Shown here piece by piece: positions 61,643 to 64,000 of a stretch of DNA of 64,000 nucleotides (position 1 is the first letter of the stretch; each line of letters starts with the position of its first letter). Below the pieces are notes generated by a model. The model did not search any database, was not told the DNA's origin, and saw only the letters and a list, made by a program, of their open reading frames with translations. The position numbers and the translations under genes are program-made. Source of the DNA: Candidatus Bathyarchaeota archaeon (GTDB lineage Archaea; Thermoproteota; Bathyarchaeia; Bathyarchaeales; Bathycorpusculaceae); assembly GCA_963775465.1 (NCBI GenBank), contig CAVZIW010000011.1, positions 1 to 64,000 on the forward strand, written 5' to 3'.

Positions 61643-62929
61643 ATGTACGGTTCGGTTTTCGTCAAGAATTTTGGATGTTCCTCTAACACAGCGGATGGCG
61701 AAGTGCTAATAGGGTGCTTGTCAGAAGCGGGTTTCAAGATAACTTCTTCAGAAACAGACGCTGACCTGATTATCTACAACACCTGTGCAGTCAAAGGACC
61801 AACAGAAAACCGCATAATCAACCAAATAAAAAATGCGCCAAAAGGGAAAAAAATCATAGTTGCGGGTTGTTTACCTAAGATTAGTTTTGAGCGATTAGAG
61901 CGAGAAACCTATTTCAACGGCGTAGTCGGTCCAGCATTTGGTGCAAAAATAGTTGAGGTTGCCACACGAGTTTTAGCTGGTGAAACAGTAATTAACGTTG
62001 AAGATTCAGAGAAGCCGCTTTTGAGTCTTCCAAAAAGAACATCCAATCCAGTCAGAAGTATAGTTCCAATTAACTTCGGTTGTGTAGGTAGTTGCAGTTA
62101 CTGCTGTGTGATTCAGGCGCGCGGTCATCTGCGAAGCTACAGGATTCAGGAAATTATGGAACGTGCGCAAAAAGACCTCTCTGAAGGTGTAAAAGAGTTA
62201 TGGTTGACCTCGCAAGATACAGCCAGTTACGGCAGAGATCTAAATACTGATCTTGCAGAGTTGCTTTTTGCACTTGATCGTATAAAAGATAACTTTAAGA
62301 TTAGGGTGGGCATGATGACTCCGAATTTAGTATTGAAAATGCAAAGTAAACTGATTCAAGCATTCGAATCAAATAAAGTCTTTAAGTTTTTGCATTTGCC
62401 TATGCAGAGTGGAGACGATACAGTGCTTCGAAACATGCATCGGTATTACACATCAGCAGAGTTTAAAGACATTGCCAAAGCCTTCAGAATCAGCTACCCA
62501 AATTTGACGATTGCTACTGATGTGATTTTAGGGTTTCCAGGCGAAACTGAGGAGGCCTTCCAAAACACGCTGAAAGTTTTAGAAGAAGTTAAACCTGATG
62601 TAGTTAACGTTTCAAAGTTTTTTGCTCGACCCAAAACTGCCGCTTGGAAAATGAAAGATGGTTTGGTCGAGAAAGAGGAAATTAAACGCAGAAGCACCCT
62701 TACGTCAGATCTTTCGAAGCAGCTTTCTGCTGAACGCAATCGACAATGGCTGAAATGGATTGGAGAGGTACTCGTAGATGAAAAAGGAAAAGTTGAAGGC
62801 ACATGGATTGGGCGAAACTTCGCCTACAAGCCAATCGCTGTAAAAAGCACTGGCAATTTGCTTGGAAAAACTTTGAAGGTTGAAGTTGTAGAAACTTTTG
62901 GAACCTACCTAAAAGGTGAAATAGCCTAA
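61643..62929 (+). CDS. mtaB: tRNA t6A37 methylthiotransferase (MtaB/e-MtaB)
   Basis: UPF0004 cysteines (GC, NTCAV, AGC), CVGSCSYC, GMMTP, QSG, GFPGET, C-terminal TRAM domain. Confidence 0.9.
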   Translation: MYGSVFVKNFGCSSNTADGEVLIGCLSEAGFKITSSETDADLIIYNTCAVKGPTENRIINQIKNAPKGKKIIVAGCLPKISFERLERETYFNGVVGPAFGAKIVEVATRVLAGETVINVEDSEKPLLSLPKRTSNPVRSIVPINFGCVGSCSYCCVIQARGHLRSYRIQEIMERAQKDLSEGVKELWLTSQDTASYGRDLNTDLAELLFALDRIKDNFKIRVGMMTPNLVLKMQSKLIQAFESNKVFKFLHLPMQSGDDTVLRNMHRYYTSAEFKDIAKAFRISYPNLTIATDVILGFPGETEEAFQNTLKVLEEVKPDVVNVSKFFARPKTAAWKMKDGLVEKEEIKRRSTLTSDLSKQLSAERNRQWLKWIGEVLVDEKGKVEGTWIGRNFAYKPIAVKSTGNLLGKTLKVEVVETFGTYLKGEIA

Positions 62930-63341
62930 AGACAAGTGCAATTTTTTCTATAGCACCCTGCTTGTAAGAGTTTGTTAAATGTTACAGTATACTGTAAACA
63001 TGTATTATTAAACCAAGGACCAGAGCGAAACCCCAGATTAAAAAAGTGGGAATCATCAATCTCCACTTTTTTGCAGCAAAATTGATCCGATAACTTGAAT
63101 AGCAGAAACTACATTCCCTTGAAAATCAAGCACCAAAATCTTTTGCCTCTGTGATTTCAAATATTAAAGACCTAAACTATTTTAATCGTTTTATCAACCG
63201 AAAATAAGAAAAACAATGTGGAATAAAATACAAAGCAGATAAGAAATTACTTGGAACTGAAACTGCCGGAATAAGCGAGTTGGCTAACGATTATATGAAT
63301 ACTTAAATAATTTCGGTTCTGTATCTTGTTCGGCTGAGAAA

Positions 63342-64000
63342 GTGATTAAAACACAATCGAGTATCTGCTTTTTTAACACTCTAACACGCAAAAAGGAGAC
63401 TTTCAATCCTTTAGAAAGTGGAAAAGTGAAGATGTATACGTGTGGACCCACGGTTTACGATTTTGCACACATCGGGAATTTTCGTGCTTTTGTTTTTGAG
63501 GACTTGCTTAAGCGTTGGCTGTTGCACCGCGGATTCAAAGTTAAACATGTTATGAACTTAACCGACATTGATGACAAAACAATAATGGGCAGCCAAAAAC
63601 AGGGCATTCCCCTGAAACAATTCACAGATTTTTACGTGAAAGCTTTCTTTGAAGATATAAAAGTCCTAAACATAGAGAACGCCGACGTCTACCCTAAAGC
63701 AACCGATCACATCTCTGAAATGGTTACTTTAATCAAGACGCTTATGGCTAAGGGCTTTGCATACAAAGGTGAAGATAACTCCATTTATTTCTCTGTCTGC
63801 AAATTCCCAGATTACGGCAAACTATCCCACATCAAAGTAGACGAACTTAAGGTTGGCTCACGGGTTAGCCAAGACGAATACGCCAAAGAGGAAGCACAAG
63901 ATTTTGCACTTTGGAAAGCGTGGACCCCTGATGATGGCGACGTTTTTTGGGAAACAGAGTTAGGCAAAGGAAGACCAGGGTGGCACATCGAATGCTCCGC
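63342..64000 (+). CDS. cysS: Cysteinyl-tRNA synthetase, partial (runs off the right edge)
   Basis: Manual translation: MYTCGPTVYDFAHIGNFR, NLTDIDDK, DFALWK, GRPGWHIECS. Confidence 0.96.
   Translation, partial: MIKTQSSICFFNTLTRKKETFNPLESGKVKMYTCGPTVYDFAHIGNFRAFVFEDLLKRWLLHRGFKVKHVMNLTDIDDKTIMGSQKQGIPLKQFTDFYVKAFFEDIKVLNIENADVYPKATDHISEMVTLIKTLMAKGFAYKGEDNSIYFSVCKFPDYGKLSHIKVDELKVGSRVSQDEYAKEEAQDFALWKAWTPDDGDVFWETELGKGRPGWHIECS

Noticed and set aside
1607-62802. Numerous 60-170 aa antisense or alternate-frame ORFs in the supplied track (e.g. 1607-2116, 7515-7910, 25142-25537, 59672-59989)
   Set aside because: They lie within well-supported genes and show no motifs; treated as shadow ORFs.
62930-63340. 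400-bp intergenic gap before cysS as a T-box-like leader
   Set aside because: It is AT-rich with no T-box consensus or evident stable stems.

Overview
Low-GC archaeal chromosome segment. TFB, aIF1, aIF6, rpl31e/39e/18Ae, rps19e, prefoldin and Rpp21, together with lineage-typical surface proteins, point to Bathyarchaeia (inference). Left to right it holds: a PadR-MacB/FtsX-type ABC exporter operon; trmO, an atypical cobalamin-binding protein and hcp; two surface-protein genes next to tRNA-Gln; tfb and sui1; a group 3b [NiFe]-hydrogenase with fused beta-gamma subunits; an ADP-forming acyl-CoA ligase-GNAT fusion; an ACT/liv/paaK/iorAB/paaI aryl-acid cluster; tRNA-Cys followed by cargo cassettes bounded by degenerate tRNA 3'-end copies; an APC permease; the ftsY-rps19e ribosomal cluster; rfbB and a flippase; tRNA-Arg; a lysine 2,3-aminomutase coupled to an EctA-type acetyltransferase; tRNA-modification genes; and a partial cysS. 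The best novelty candidates are the kamA-ectA hybrid osmolyte operon, the integrase-less att array at tRNA-Cys, a CdrS-like RHH gene followed by a short ORF where ftsZ would be expected, an IorA with an inserted 4x[4Fe-4S] domain, and a B12-binding protein with His replaced by Met. Three +1 frameshifts may be assembly errors. All family calls come from motif recognition by eye, not from database searches.
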